From Paraspadella gotoi (Eukaryota; Animalia; Chaetognatha), in assembly GCA_051294375.1 (NCBI GenBank), contig CM119267.1, positions 24,172,111-24,236,110 on the forward strand: DNA of 64,000 nt. Reading direction: 5' to 3'. Below are positions 1 to 12,916 of the stretch, piece after piece. The position numbers and the translations under genes are program-made. Under the pieces are notes generated by a model. That model was not told the DNA's origin and did no database searches. It was given only the letters and a program-made list of their open reading frames with translations. Position 1 is the stretch's first letter. Every line of letters begins with the position of its first letter.

Positions 1-124
1 GTGGAAATGAATAATTTTTTGAGGGGGACCAACGTTATATATGATTTTTTTTACAATTAGGGATAAGAGTGCCATGTAAAATTGAATGTTCTGATAGGGA
101 TACATACTGGGGAAAGGTCTATAG

Positions 125-1554
125 TAAGGGGTGAACTTAGGTAATATTTTGCCTGATTAACTGAGCAAAGTGTTACTGAAATTGCCTAGGTAAAGAAATG
201 ATTTTTCTTAGTTAAGATAGGTAACTTCTGAATTAAAATATTTTGCTTATATTTATTTTTAAAGAAAACTAAAACAATATATTTTCTTTTATTGTTTTAA
301 TTTCGTTATCAACTATATTTTCAATTTGTTATTACTATATTTTAAGCCCAAAAATACTTTTCCCAGATGGCATAAAATATGAGTATCAACATTAAGTATG
401 TAAACTACTAGGCTACTACCAGACCCAGAACCAATAAAAGTATTAAAAAAAATTAATTCATTGATAAATAAAAAAATTAACAGATAATAAAAAAAATAGT
501 AATAACAATAAGGATGCATACATTTAAAAAGATTTGCAATGTAACATATTCAGTTGTATCCTGATATGACTGACAAGATTAAATGTACACAAGACTCAAG
601 TCGCCCAAATATGTTTTGTATCTTATTTAGAATGTCAAAGCTCATTAGAATTCTTTGCAGAATATGATATGGATTACTCAATACCTCCCTAGCTGATTAT
701 ATTAAAAAATTCGAGCTCGATATAGAAAGTAAATATCCTATGGATATGATTTTCAAATAAAAAAATCTAAAAAAATTATCCATTCTATTCTTTCATCATT
801 AACAAAGATTTTAACTCAAAGTAAAAAATGATATTCTTGAACATACTGAAAAATGTTTATCTTAATTAAAAACAACTATATAATAGACTCCAACCCCTGT
901 CACCAAACACCAAACACCAAACACCAAACATATTTTTAGCTATTAATTTTTTTAATAAAATTATTTTATCTTTCATTAAAAATATTTGAGCGAAAACTAA
1001 TTGAATTTCAATGTTGAGCAAGTTAAAGTTTTATATTTGATAAAGATTTTGTTTAAAAATTAATACCAAAAAATATCTTATTTTGTATTTTTTTAATTTT
1101 ATATGAAAATTTGCTAAATTACTTGTTTCACTATTTTATATTTTTATATTTTATGAATGTTTTACTATTTAAACTATATCATTTAATTATATATATATTA
1201 CTTTTTAAAAATATTATTTGCTTATTATATCTAATAACCCATTTTGGGAAAGGGAGGTCAGTGTTGTCTTCTGGAAATAGAGGGAGCATCTATACAACAC
1301 AAGGTTAGACTACAATAGAATACAATTAGACTACAATATTTAATTTAATATCATTTGGCTTCAAATTTATTAAAGATAACATTTCCATTTTAAATCTTAG
1401 CAAATTAGATCATAAGTTTATCAGTTATATCTCAGTTTTAAAGATCCTTTCCTCAATTAAAAATTGCCTACTTTTATTCAGTTAACTACTAGGTAAACCA
1501 AAAAATTGTCTATTACCTATTTAAGAAAAAATCTTTGCCTAAGCTCACCCCTTG
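125..1554. mobile_element. Putative degenerate non-autonomous DNA transposon (MITE-like)
   Basis: Imperfect terminal inverted repeats TAAGGGGTGAACTTAGGTAA (125-144) and TTGCCTAAGCTCACCCCTTG (ending 1554); AT-rich interior; no TSD recognised. Confidence 0.4.
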
Positions 1555-1721
1555 TTTTAAAATACTTTAAAGAAAATTATATTTTTCTTTATCCTATTTT
1601 TTAATTATTTCTTTTTTGAATATTTTTTATCTTTTATGTTTATACAATGGGAAGGTCATCAGTTGGGAACCTATACCCTTCATGGATTTCGGCTCTTTAA
1701 TCCCATTATCCAGTTTTAAAG

Positions 1722-2078
1722 TTAATTGCGCAGTACAATTTCAGCTTATTTTTTCGTGTATTTCCCTTTGATTACATGACATGACATGACATGATTAAAA
1801 AACTTTCTTTGCCTGTGTATTTATGACATGCACTGCATCAAATTTTCGTCTTTTATTCCTTATAGTTTTTGGAATTCCCAAAGGCGGCTCGAGCAGTTCC
1901 TTAGATTTGAGGTTTTTTCTGTCTTAACAAATGAGCAACTAACTATACCAACTAAGTATAGGCCAATTTTATGCATTTTTAACATAAGTGGGACAGACCG
2001 ACGGACTGACAGACCGACGGACCGCCCGAAAAGGGACCTATAGAGTTGCTCCGCGAGTACTTTCGGCGCAACTAATAA
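1722..2078 (-). mobile_element. Short Helentron/HINE-like element copy (family shared with 30177-30452 and 43976-44246)
   Basis: Reverse complement begins TTAGTTGCGCCGAAAGTACTCGCGGAGCAACTCTATA, then a GTCG/GTCC microsatellite and GTCCCACTTA, matching the 43976 copy. Confidence 0.55.
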
Positions 2079-2110
2079 AATGTTCCGTCAAAAAGATACG
2101 ATAATGATAT

Positions 2111-3841
2111 TCATGAATTCCCAATCATCGCCATTTCCCTCCTCATCAGAGCAGCATTCTCTTTCAACGCCTCCAGCACCTCGGTATCCTTCTTCCGGTC
2201 GAAAGGCATCCACGACAAACTTGAGTCTCTCTTTTTCAACATCTTCGTCCACTCTCCGTCTTTCTGTCGACTCTCCGGATTCAAAATGGAGTTAATAAAG
2301 TTCGATTCTCTTTCGGTGTTGTCCCTCATTCGCCGACTGGTCCTGTCTCGGTCTCCGCCGCCGGCGCCGCCCAGCAGCGTCTCCGCCCAACCTTTGTTCG
2401 CCTCTTGCGACCGCGCCTGTAAGGGCCCGCCGTGCCGTAGCTCTTCCCGACGGCTTCCGGCCACCATCTTCGCCTTGTCCTTCTCGGGTATTTCCAGCAG
2501 GCCGTCGAACCAGTCGTCAAACCGTTTCCCTGGCTGCGGCGGCCTCTTGTCCTCGATCAAATTGTCCTTGGAATTTCTTCCCAAGAAGTCGTCCGACCAT
2601 CGCTTCTCCAAACCGGGTTGAGGAGGCCCCTCGGAATCTTTCATCCTCTTCATCCAATCTCCAGAGTCTCTAGGATCCCAAGCGTCCTTAAGATTTCTCT
2701 CGAACACTTCCGCCAGAGATTCTTGAACAGCCGGTTGGGGTGGCCCCTCGGCCATCTCTTTCTCTCCTTCTCTCCTCTCTCCTAGAGCTTTCTCACCCTC
2801 TCTATTTTCTCCCATCGCTTTCTCACCCTCTCTATTTTCTCCCATCGCTTTCTCACCCTCTCTATTTTCTCCCATCGCTTTCTCTCCCTCTCTATTCTCT
2901 CCCCCTTTTTCTTTGTCCGATCGGGCCCGCGTCCACGACAAAATGCTTCTCAACCAATCATCGGCTTGTCGAAATCTATCCGCCGTCTTCTCCTCGGCAG
3001 CGCGTTGGAGCCGGCTCTCCTTCTCATGCTCCAGATCCTCTAGGGTCGCTCCGCTCCGCTGTCGCCCGCTCCTTAAACCCAAGATCTTTTGTAGCCAAAC
3101 TCCGGCCTTTTGAGCGCCGGATTGACGAGCCTGTGAAAAAGAATGGTTAATTACTATCTCCTGTCAAAATTAGGGAGAGAGAAAGATTATTCATTGAGAG
3201 AAAGAATCATTTTTGGTTGTACCAATTTCAGATTACCCTTACATTGATTTTAAGGCAAAATACGACTTTATTGACTTCACAATACGATAAAGTTATTCGG
3301 GAATTTCTTTTAGCAACGACTCGTCACCTCTTCATCTGCAGCCGCTCGGTAAGAAGCAGCGGAAGCGACTTTCTTGCCACCGGCGTCTGTGTCCCTTGTG
3401 AATCGTAAGGCCCTTTTTTCGGTGACCGCTGCTAAGGTGTCATCCGCTTCTTTCTTGCCTGGGATGACCGCTTCTCGTGGGGAAATGTGAGCTGCAATTT
3501 TTTAGAATTTTATTTATTACAACTTGTTTTATATTTATATTTATCTATTCATTGATTTCGTAGAAATTTTTAAAGAGGTATCTAGACACGTTTTGTTGAC
3601 AGAAAATGAAATCAAAATGTTATAAGACAAGTAAAATAACACAGAGACAACTACAAGTCTTCAAACATAGACACAATTTCTTCTTTTATATCATAATTGC
3701 CGCTGCGATGGTCCTTGTCGTAACCCTTTTTCTTGACCACGTTCACCCAAATCCGTGAAATAATTGACCCAAAGATTCACTTTTCTCTTTAGGTTTAAAC
3801 TCACCCGCAATCAACGCAACCCAAATCAATGGAATCAACAT
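2111..3841 (-). CDS. Secreted prohormone/peptide-precursor-like protein (3 exons: 3841-3805, 3491-3328, 3130-2111)
   Basis: Exon 1 encodes MLIPLIWVALIA (signal peptide). GT-AG introns of phase 1 and 0 join in frame to the 323-aa ORF. Many KR/RR/KK sites, PPQP(G) repeats and a 30-bp coding repeat (ENREGEKAMG, about 4-5 copies). Confidence 0.8.
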
Positions 3842-4618
3842 CCTAATTCTTTCTGTCTTTTGCGAAAGGGTAGAGACGCTTCCATGCGGTACGGCGTCGT
3901 AGAACGTCTTCATTTCAAAGACGAAATCCGATTCACGGATTAAGTTTAATCAATTAGCATCACCTGAGCTTCGTGGGAAGTAGCATTTTGTAACCTAGTT
4001 TTTTAGAAAGATACGTCCAGAAAATATTTTTTAAATAAATAAAGTATTTATTTATTTATTTTTCTTTAATAAACCACGCCTTTCTTTCTTCGTTGATATT
4101 CGTCAAATATTCGTCAATTAAACAATGACGGAACAATACTGGTCGATCATCATTGGGTAAGAATTAACTAAACGCCAATGAAAAACATGATAAAAGCAAC
4201 TATCTAAAATTTTTTAAGTCGTTTTAATAAATAAACGTTTTACGTCAATTTCACAAACTTTTATTTCCGCGTTGAAACGAACATAAACGAAAAAAAAGGT
4301 TTTTCTTTTCAATGAAACAAAAAACTGGAATTTGTTTTCTTTTTTAATCAACGAAAATTGAGTCCGAAACAAAAGACGTTCGTTTCTGGTCGACGACGAC
4401 GACGACGATGATGGGGATTCCTTTGTCTCTTTCTTCTCGGCAAAGGTTTTCACTGAAATGGAGGAAAAGGAGGAAAGAAAATAAATAAGGAAAAAAGAAG
4501 AAAAAGCAAAAAACAAATGAATTAAAAAGAAATACAAATTAAATATTTAGGAGGTGAAGAAAAAAACGAAAAGTAAAGTAAGAGCCAGCGTGATGCGTGA
4601 TAACTGATCTCTCTCTCT

Positions 4619-7600
4619 CTATCTCTCTCTCTCTCTCTCTCTCTCCTCACGTCTCCCTCTCACCCTCTTGAAATTCCATGGTCGGTAAGCGTTCCTGCTC
4701 TTCCCCTTGGCGGCTTGGATGTCGGTCTTGTTGTGTCGGCGACGTCGTCTCGGTCGGTTCTCGTTCTCGGCCGCCTCCCCCTCCTCTTCCTCCTCCTCCT
4801 CTCCTCCTTCCTCCGATTTCCCGGCGACGATGAACCCGATGATGGAGACGAGGAGGATGACGCCGACGATGATGCCGACGACGCAGCCGCCGCCGCAACC
4901 GCCCTCTGTCCAGGATGTCGAGTTAATTAAAGCCAATAATATATGAAATCACGTCAGTTAATCTTTAATTCAATATCATTCTCTCACCGCCGCCGCCTCC
5001 GCCTCCAGAGCCTGATCCAGATCCGGTAGCGTTTCCTCCGCCGCCGCTGCCGCTCCCGCTGCCCGTCTCGTTCGCTCCTTTTGGCCCGTCCGTCGCACGG
5101 ACGCTGACTGCGTCAGAAAAGATTGAAATAAAAATGAACTTTAATACCATCAACGAAATAGACCTATCGATGTGATTGCTCGTCTCCTTCACGAATCATC
5201 AGAGAGCCGACGAATCACAGACCTGATTTCAACCTTAGACTGACTGACCAATCACCGACAAAGGAACCGATAGAGGAACCGAAGGAGGGATTGCCAAACT
5301 AACAGTCTCCTCAACAGCCTAATACTTTCCTTTACTTATTATTTACCCTCGTTATTTGACGAGAAAACGATACGGAAAAGAAAACTTTCTTGCAAGAAAG
5401 ATTTTCCTTCACTTTCCCCTCGGATTTAATTCTTTACCATTTTATTCATTCATCAAAAGGTCAAGATAAAATCTTAAAATCTTAACCTCTTAAAATTTTA
5501 AAATCTTAAAATTTTAAAATCTTAAAATCTTAAAATCTTAATATTTTAAAATCTTAAAATTTTAAAATCTTAAAATCTTAAAATTTTAAAATCTTAAAAT
5601 CTTAAAATTTTACCTTTACCTCACCAAATCCTTTTCCGCTATTATGTAAAATTCTTTCTCCTTTTTCAAAAAATTATGTATAAAAAAAAACAAAAAAACA
5701 ACAAAAACAGCAAAGAGTTTTACTTCCAATCACCTGTCTCGTCCTTGGACCCCGACGCGGGAGACCCTCCCGTGGCGTTTCCGCCGCCGCCGCCGCCTCC
5801 ATTGGCGGAGGCGTTCGCCCTTTGACGAAACAGTGCATGGTCCCATTGCCATCCGACGCTTCGCTTTCCTCGTTTCTGACGCCTGCCGACGATATTGTCT
5901 CTGGAATCGTCCTTCGCCAACGCCATCGCCCTCGCCGCAGCTTTAGTCGCCGCCGCAGCCGCCGCCCTGGCCGCCAGAGCCGCGGCCTCGGCGGCGACCT
6001 TGGCCGCCTCCTTGGCGGCGGCCTTGTGCATCTCCATCTCCATCTCCATCACCATCTTTTCCACGATAATTCTCTTCTCTTCGTCTTCGATCATTTCGTC
6101 CGAAACGGGATTCGGACTTCGAACCTCAGACGCCGCCTCTGCCACCGCCGACGGCGCCCCTCTGACCGCTTCTTTGGCATTGTTCTTGCGCCGCGCCGCC
6201 GACGCCGCCTTCGCAGCATCCAGAGCCGCTTCCTTCTGCATCTCCGCCTCGAGGACGAGCTTCTCGACGGCTCGCCTCTCTGCATCCTCTTCCTTCTCGC
6301 CCGTCGAAAAAGTCTTCGACTCAGTCGCCTTCCGCGACCGCCCCTCCGCCTGTATCTTCCGCAGCAGAGCCGCAACTTTTTGCTGCTTCTTCCAGTCGAT
6401 AACTCGCTCCGCCGCTTCCTGAATTTGCTTCTCTTCCTCCGCCTTTTCATCCTCCGGCCTCTCTCCGGCATCCCTCGTCGCCTTCTCGGCAATTTTTCCG
6501 GTCCTTTCCGCCTCGCTTTTCTTCGCACTTTTCTCTGCTTTTTCTTCGGCGATTTTCTCGGCGATTTTGGCGGAAATCTTCTCCGCCGTCTCCTCACTTT
6601 TCTTGATATCTTTCTCGATTTTTTCCTTTTCCTTTTTATCCAAACTTTTCTCAACTTTTTCTTTTTTCTTCTCGGACTTTGACTCGCTCTTAGCTTTGTT
6701 CTTAGACTCGATCATTGTTTTGCCCTTCGTCTCGCTCTTAGCTTCGTCTTTAGCCTTGCTCTTAGCCTCACTCTTTGTCTCAGTCTTCACCTCGTTCTTA
6801 GCCTCATTCTTTGCTTCGCCCTTTGTCTCGCTCTGAGCCTTGTTTTTAGCCTCGATTTTTGTCTCCTTCTTTGCCTCGCTTTTTGCTTCAACCTTTGTCT
6901 CGTCTTTTGTCTCGCTCTTCGCCTCACTCTTAGCCTCGCTCTTTACTTTGTCCTTAGTCTCGCCCTTTGTCTCACTTTGGACTTTGCTCTTTGCCTCGAT
7001 CTTTGTCTCTCCCTTGGTCTCGCCCTTGGCCTCACTCTTTTTCTCGCCCTTGGTTCCGACTTTGACCTCAGCTTGATTCTGCTCTCTCAATCCCTTCGCC
7101 CACATCATGGAGGCATCTTCCATCCTTTTCCTAATCAATTCATTCATCGCAAACCGCTCGGCCTGTTGTTGAAGAGTCGCCGGATTTCGAACTTCTTCCT
7201 CTTCCTCATTTTCCTCCTCCTCCTCTCCCTCCCGTTCGATGTTATTCAAAGTCTCTAACGCCGCAAGATGCGCCTGTGATCCGCCCACCGCCTTTTCGTG
7301 CTGCGCTAAGAGAGCTTCTTCTTCTCTCATTCGCATTTCCTGCAACAGACTCGTCTGTCCGTCCTGCACTTGTTTGGCCACAACCTGGACTTTCACAGCT
7401 GCTTTCGATTCGTCTGAAACCTTCACTGCTGATTTTTCTTCCTTCTGGACTCTCATCGTTTTACCCTTGTCTGGAACTTCTGCAGCTGCTTTGTTTTCTG
7501 AGACTTTCGCGTCTGCTTTTGCCTCGTCTGGAACTTTATCCGTTTTCACATTTGCGGTTTCCATCTTGGAATCTTGTTTCTCATCATTTGTCTCCTTTAA

Positions 7601-10600
7601 TTTCTTTGCCTCTTCTTGTTGGGCTTTTCTAGCTTCCGCCAAGAACGTGACAACTTTTTGGACATCTTTCGCTTTCTCTTCAGCTTTTTTAACCAATGGG
7701 TCATCCCTTTGCCTCATTATGAAATCCTGTCTCCACTCAGCGGCGAGCCTCTCCCGCTCTGCCTCAGCCAGAGCCGCCCTCACTTTCTTCTCAGCCTCCA
7801 TCACCTTCTTTTCCTTCTTCGCCTCGGCTTCCTTTCGCGCTGCCGCATTCTTATCCGCCGCCGCCGTGATCCGCGCTACCACCGCCTTCATTGCCTTCAC
7901 CGCCTTCTCCATTTGCTCAGCTTCCTTTTCCTTCTCCTTTTCCTCCTCAGCTTCCTTTGCCTTCTGCGCCTCGTTTGCCTTCTCCGCCTCTTTCGCCTTC
8001 TCTACTTCCTTTGCCTTCTTTTCTTCCTTTATCTTCTCAGCCTCCTTTGTCTTCTTTGCCTCCTTTGCTTTTTCCACCTCCTTTGCCTTCTCAACCTTCT
8101 TTGCCTTTTGCGCCTTCTTTGTTTTTTCCACCTCCCTTGCCACCTTTGCCGCCTTCTCTGCCACCTTTGCCTTCTTGACTTTTTCCCTCTCCTTTGACCT
8201 CTCGGCCCTCTCTTTTTCCTTCACCTTCGCCGCCTTTGCCGATTCGTCTTCCGACTCATCGTCGGCGGCGACGCCCGGCTTTTTCTTCCCCGGACAACTC
8301 GTGCCCGGATACGAATCCCCGAACATCTTGTACTTGTAGTTGACGGGCCAATCCAGGACTGGCTCCTCCGTATCCAGCTCCCTGAGGGAAGAAAAAAAAA
8401 AGGTAAATGAAAAAGTTGGGGCAAGGCATTCACGCTCATTCATTCTCTCCTTGGACCAGATAGCTTTGGGTTTGGTCAGTATCAAGCCGTTCTGATGAAC
8501 ACAGTTCTAAACCTGGCAATGCACACTGCACAGGCTATAATTTGGGTCCAAAAAGTAGTATCCAATACTAATTCAAAACTTGTGCTGCTTTCTTTGGTCT
8601 ATACCTAATTACTGTCTCCCTCAACCACTGCGACCCCTAAAACTCCACGGGACTCACTTTTTCCGATACTCCTCCCATCCCGGGTTGAGCCAGAATCGTA
8701 GCTTTGTCAAGTCGGCGTCCATGGGTCGGAACTTGAAGGCGTGTTTGACGTTGTCTGCTTTGGCTTCGGCGGCGCGTTGGCCTCCGACGACGAAGGTCGG
8801 ATCCGCGACCGGTTTGAAGGAGCGACCAGTCTGTGCACATTTGAATTTGAAGATTCATTTAAGAGAATAAATAATTATTTTTAAAAGGAGTTGGATAAAA
8901 GAAGTTAACATTTCATAATCTCGGACCACATCTGTTACCTTGGCTCTAACTTTGACGTTTCCTTTGTATGAAGCCTGATCGTCCACCGATATTTCGATTC
9001 TTCCTCTTACTTCAGGAGAATTGGTATCTGAGGAAACCAAAACAATACAAATTCTTTCTTTTCTTCTTTTTATTAAAAACAAGAACGGTGATTCCAATAG
9101 TTTGTTGCGCTGCAGTGATACGTAAGGTGACCGACCGACCGAAAAAATACTAATTGAGTTCCACCGCGAGAACTCGCTTCGCAACTAATAACAGATAAGA
9201 AAATAGAGAGCGAATCTCGGAAAAGACTCAAATACTTTTGACGGTGAGAACAGTCATTGCTATTGTCGTGTTGACTTGAGCGAAAATCTTTCCGTCGAAA
9301 ACGTCGCTATCGTGGTCGCTGATGGCTCTGAGAAAAGAAAGGAAAGGGAGAAAAGGAGAGGAGAGGAAGAAAAAGAAAGGAAAGGGAGAAAAGGAGAGGA
9401 AGGAAGGAAAAAGAAAGGAAAGGGAGAAAAGGAAGGAAAAGAAGGAAAAAGAAAGAAAAGGGAGAAGAGAAAAGGAGAGGAAAGGAAGGAAAAAAGAAAG
9501 GAAAGGGAAAAAAGAATGGAAAGGAGAAAAGGAGAGGAAAAGAAGAAAAAAAAAAAGGAAAGGAAGAAAAGAGAGGAAAGGAAGGAAAAAAGAAAGGAAA
9601 GGAGAAAAAGGAAGGAAAAAAGAATGGAAAGGGAGAAAAGGAGAGGAAGAAGGAAAAAGAAAGGAAAGGGAGAAAAGGAGAGGAAAAGAAGGAAAAAGAA
9701 AGAAAAGGGAGAAAAGGAGAGGAAAGAAGGAGAAAAAGAAAGAAAGGGAGAAAAGGAAGAAAAGAAAGAAAGGAGGAAAAGGAGAGGAAAGAAAGGAAAA
9801 AAGAAAGGAAAGGAAGAAAAGGAGAGGAAAGGAAGGAAAAAAGAAAGGAAAGGGAGAAAAGGAGGAAAAAAAGAATGGAAAGGGAGAAAAGGAAGAGGAA
9901 AAGAAGAAAGAAAGGAAAGGGAGAAAAGGAGAGGAAAGGAAGGAAAAAAGAAAGGAAAGGAGAGAAAAAAGTTAAGAAAAAAAAAGATTGTTGAAGAACT
10001 ATTGTTCTTTGGGATAGACAACAGCTTTTAATAAGTGACTGTTCACAGACTTAACGGTTCACAAACTAGAATCTCCTATGGATACCCTCCCTTCCCTTCA
10101 CCCCATGTATCTCCCACTCTTTCACGACTCACGGTGCCCCGTGAATCCAAATCCTGATGGGTTCGATTTGCACGAGAATGATCGGCGTCGTTTTGCTTCG
10201 TCCGTCCTCGTACACGGAGATGAGGGGCATCCCCGGCCCTGGAGGAAAAAAGGGCGGTCGATAGAGTGAATGATTGCTAACTTGTTTCAATTGTTTATTT
10301 ATGAAAGGAAAAAGTAACTAAACTTCACGACAAACGAACGGTAGAACAGATGGCTCTATATATATTGTTTTATAATATTCAGTTTAATATTATTAAAGCC
10401 TTTCCGGTAGAGCGTACTATATTTCTCGACGCGTTTCCTTACCATTACCCCCCTCTGACTAAACCCCCAAAGGACTCACCCATATCGTCGTCGGTGTTCT
10501 TGAAAGGCATCACCGTTGCCTGAAGAGCGAAGCTGCTGTATATTTTTTTCTTCTTCCTCTCCTTCTTCTCTTGCTCGTCTTCGTCTGCTCCCTCGTCCTC

Positions 10601-10765
10601 TTCCTCTTCCTCTCCGAAGATCGGCTCCATGTTTCCCTTCGTCTCGAGTCGCCCGTCGTGAAAGGTGAAGACGCAACCGTCTGGACGGGAGGGATTATCT
10701 CTGTCTCTCTGTCTCTTTGTCTCTCTGTCTGTCTGTCTGTCTGTCTGTCTGTTCTGTCTCTCTCT

Positions 10766-10817
<52 letters not shown>

Positions 10818-10837
10818 CTCTCTCTCTTCTCTCTCTC

Positions 10838-10914
<77 letters not shown>

Positions 10915-11592
10915 GTCCTCATCCAAATCTGTGTCGTCGTCTCTCGCGCGATGAGACTTTCGAGATTTCGTATGCGTCGTTTGGGGCGGGAGCGAAGTCT
11001 GAGGAAGAAGAGGAGAAAGAAGGAGTAGAAGAGGGATAGAGGGAAGAAAAGGAAGTAAAAGAGAGAGCGAGGAAAAAAGAGGGAGTAGAAAAGGGAGTGA
11101 GGGAAGAAAAGGAAGTAAAAGAGAGAGCGAGGAAAAAAGAGGGAGTAGAAGAGAGAGTGAGGGAGAGAGGAAGAGGAAGAAAGGACGAAATTTAATTTAA
11201 ATTTTTTTTTATAAACTCGTCGGCAAAAAGGAACTCCTAATCGCTTCTTTATAGACCTTGTTCCCTGGCACGTCGGCATATCGGTTTGTCCTTCCATCGA
11301 CTGTGACCCAAACCCATTAAATTTATTTCTTCTTCATCCTCATTGCCTTCCATTCCTTTCCTGCAATCCTCATTAATCGTCCACTCTTTTCTATCGCTTC
11401 CCTCAAAAATTTTCCGTATTTTTCCGCAACGCGCGATTGTTCTTGCAACCGCGCGCCTCACCTAATTCTCACTTACTTACCAAGTTAATCCCTTTTCCGC
11501 CCGTCCCACATCTTCCATCCCGTCCCTACCCACGACTAACCCGCCAGCAGCAGCTTCGTCAAAATAACCGCCGCCAAAAACTTCCTCCTCAT
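4619..11592 (-). CDS. Array gene A: LamG/ConA-like type I membrane protein with a long K/E/A-rich stalk (exons 11592-11541, 11300-11257, 10998-10914, 10680-10480, 10238-10133, 9327-9236, 9027-8939, 8830-8658, 8381-5734, 5107-4988, 4905-~4619)
   Basis: Signal peptide MRRKFLAAVILTKLLLAVDG; all introns GT-AG and phase-consistent; motifs GCVFTF, VQIEPIRIWIHG, DVFDGK, FVVGGQ..LRFWLN, LDWPVNY..SC; then RGKR site, GGNATG, CGGGC + TM (VVGIIVGVILLVSIIGFIVA). Link to the last two exons and the exact 3' end are inferred from phase only. Confidence 0.75.
5466..5610. repeat. 8-bp tandem repeat (TTAAAATC/T)n
   Basis: Directly visible array in the gene A intron. Confidence 0.9.
9331..9985. repeat. Purine-only G/A low-complexity tract (intron of gene A)
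   Basis: About 650 bp of near-pure G/A; the ORFs here are artefacts. Confidence 0.9.
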
Positions 11593-12119
11593 CTTCGGTT
11601 TCCTTTTTTTCGAATTTTTCGCGGAAATAAAACCGAAGTAACCAACGAAACGGAAAGACGATAAAGCGACAAAGTTCGCTCCGATTTTTCGATATCGATG
11701 CTGTTTTGTTTAATCGTCGAAAAATTCTCTCGATCGAAGAGGGCGCGTGGATCGAGATCGTCGGGAGTGCGAGGGATGAGGTGTGGCGCTGCGAGAGAAG
11801 GAGTCTCGTTCTCATTTTTCTTTCCTTTCTATTTTCCGTCATTTATATTGCATTGGGTCAAAGTTTCTATATTTCTATTTCTTTCTATCTTTTTCTTTCG
11901 TTCTCTCTTTGTTTGGTCTGTCTTTTTTTTTCTGGCATGTTATAATGTTGCAAAATTAGGGTTTCTATATATATTTCTAATAGATAAATTTATATAAGCC
12001 AACATTCATCTACATTAACAAAGAAGAAACTCATCAATTTTACTCCGCAGATTAACATACAACTGTCATCCGTAATTGCTCCTTCATGATAACCGACCAT
12101 CACAGCAGTTGCAAGAAAA

Positions 12120-12916
12120 TCACATAAAATCACAATAACCACAAGATTCTGGGCAATTGTTTTCCATGAAGAGACTTTTTTCCGCTGAATTGCAGTCGCC
12201 GTTGTCAGCGAATTTTTGACATTCTGGGTGAAGGTTGTTGCAGCCGCCTGCAATGGGTGTTGCAATCAAATTTTAAAAAGCTTCCATTAGCAAATAATCT
12301 ACATATTGTACTTAGTTCTATGAAATATACTTAAAATGTTCCAAAGAGATTTTATGTGAACTTAAACCCCCTCACCGCAAGTGACTTTGTTGTAAATTAC
12401 TCACACTTGTCACAGGACTTGGTGCAGTGCTGCCACATCCAGACCGGATTGAGGTCACACTCGCTGACGGGCCGCTGGAAGGCCCAACCGGGACATTTAC
12501 TGGCGTATGCGTCGTCGTCGTCGCAGAACATGAAAGGGTCGGATGATCTTCGTTCTGTAAATAGTAAATACACTAATCATTATAATGTAAAATGTATTTT
12601 GAGAGCCTCAAAAAAATTTGAAATGCGTTTCAAAAAAATATTAATTGCATAAATGAAAATTCGATGAAATATCATTTACAAATTATAAATAAGATTTATA
12701 AATGTTTTATAAATAAAATAGTATTCTTTTACGTTCGATAGCGAAAATATAATAAACAGTTACTTAAGATCCAATTAACCTTAATTACTAAAGAAAGATT
12801 ATAAAATGGAAAATTCCCTATATTTAGTCCTCACCTCTAGTTGTCGTTGGCAAAGACATTGCTCCGACGAAACAGGAAAAAAATGAGAAAACAAAGAGTT
12901 TTGTTTCTTTTTTCAT
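12120..12916 (-). CDS. Small secreted protein with two ShKT (ShK-toxin-like) domains (exons 12916-12835, 12554-12405, 12247-12120)
   Basis: Signal peptide MKKETKLFVFSFFSCFVGAMS; domain 1 CDDDDAYASKCPGWAFQRPVSECDLNPVWMWQHCTKSCDKC; domain 2 CNNLHPECQKFADNGDCNSAEKSLFMENNCPESCGYC. Both have the ShKT six-Cys spacing ending CxxSCxxC; two phase-1 GT-AG introns. Confidence 0.9.

Noticed and set aside
313-519. ORF with FIGSGSGSSLVVY, vaguely like tubulin or DnaE glycine motifs
   Set aside because: Short, AT-biased, no supporting flanking motifs, and inside a probable MITE.
5822-8339. Long plus-strand ORFs (also 17596-20522 and 22948-23608)
   Set aside because: Antisense shadows of low-complexity minus-strand exons.
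9260-10031. 250-aa K/E/R/G and F/S/L ORFs
   Set aside because: Translation of a purine-only intronic tract that is spliced out in the gene A model.
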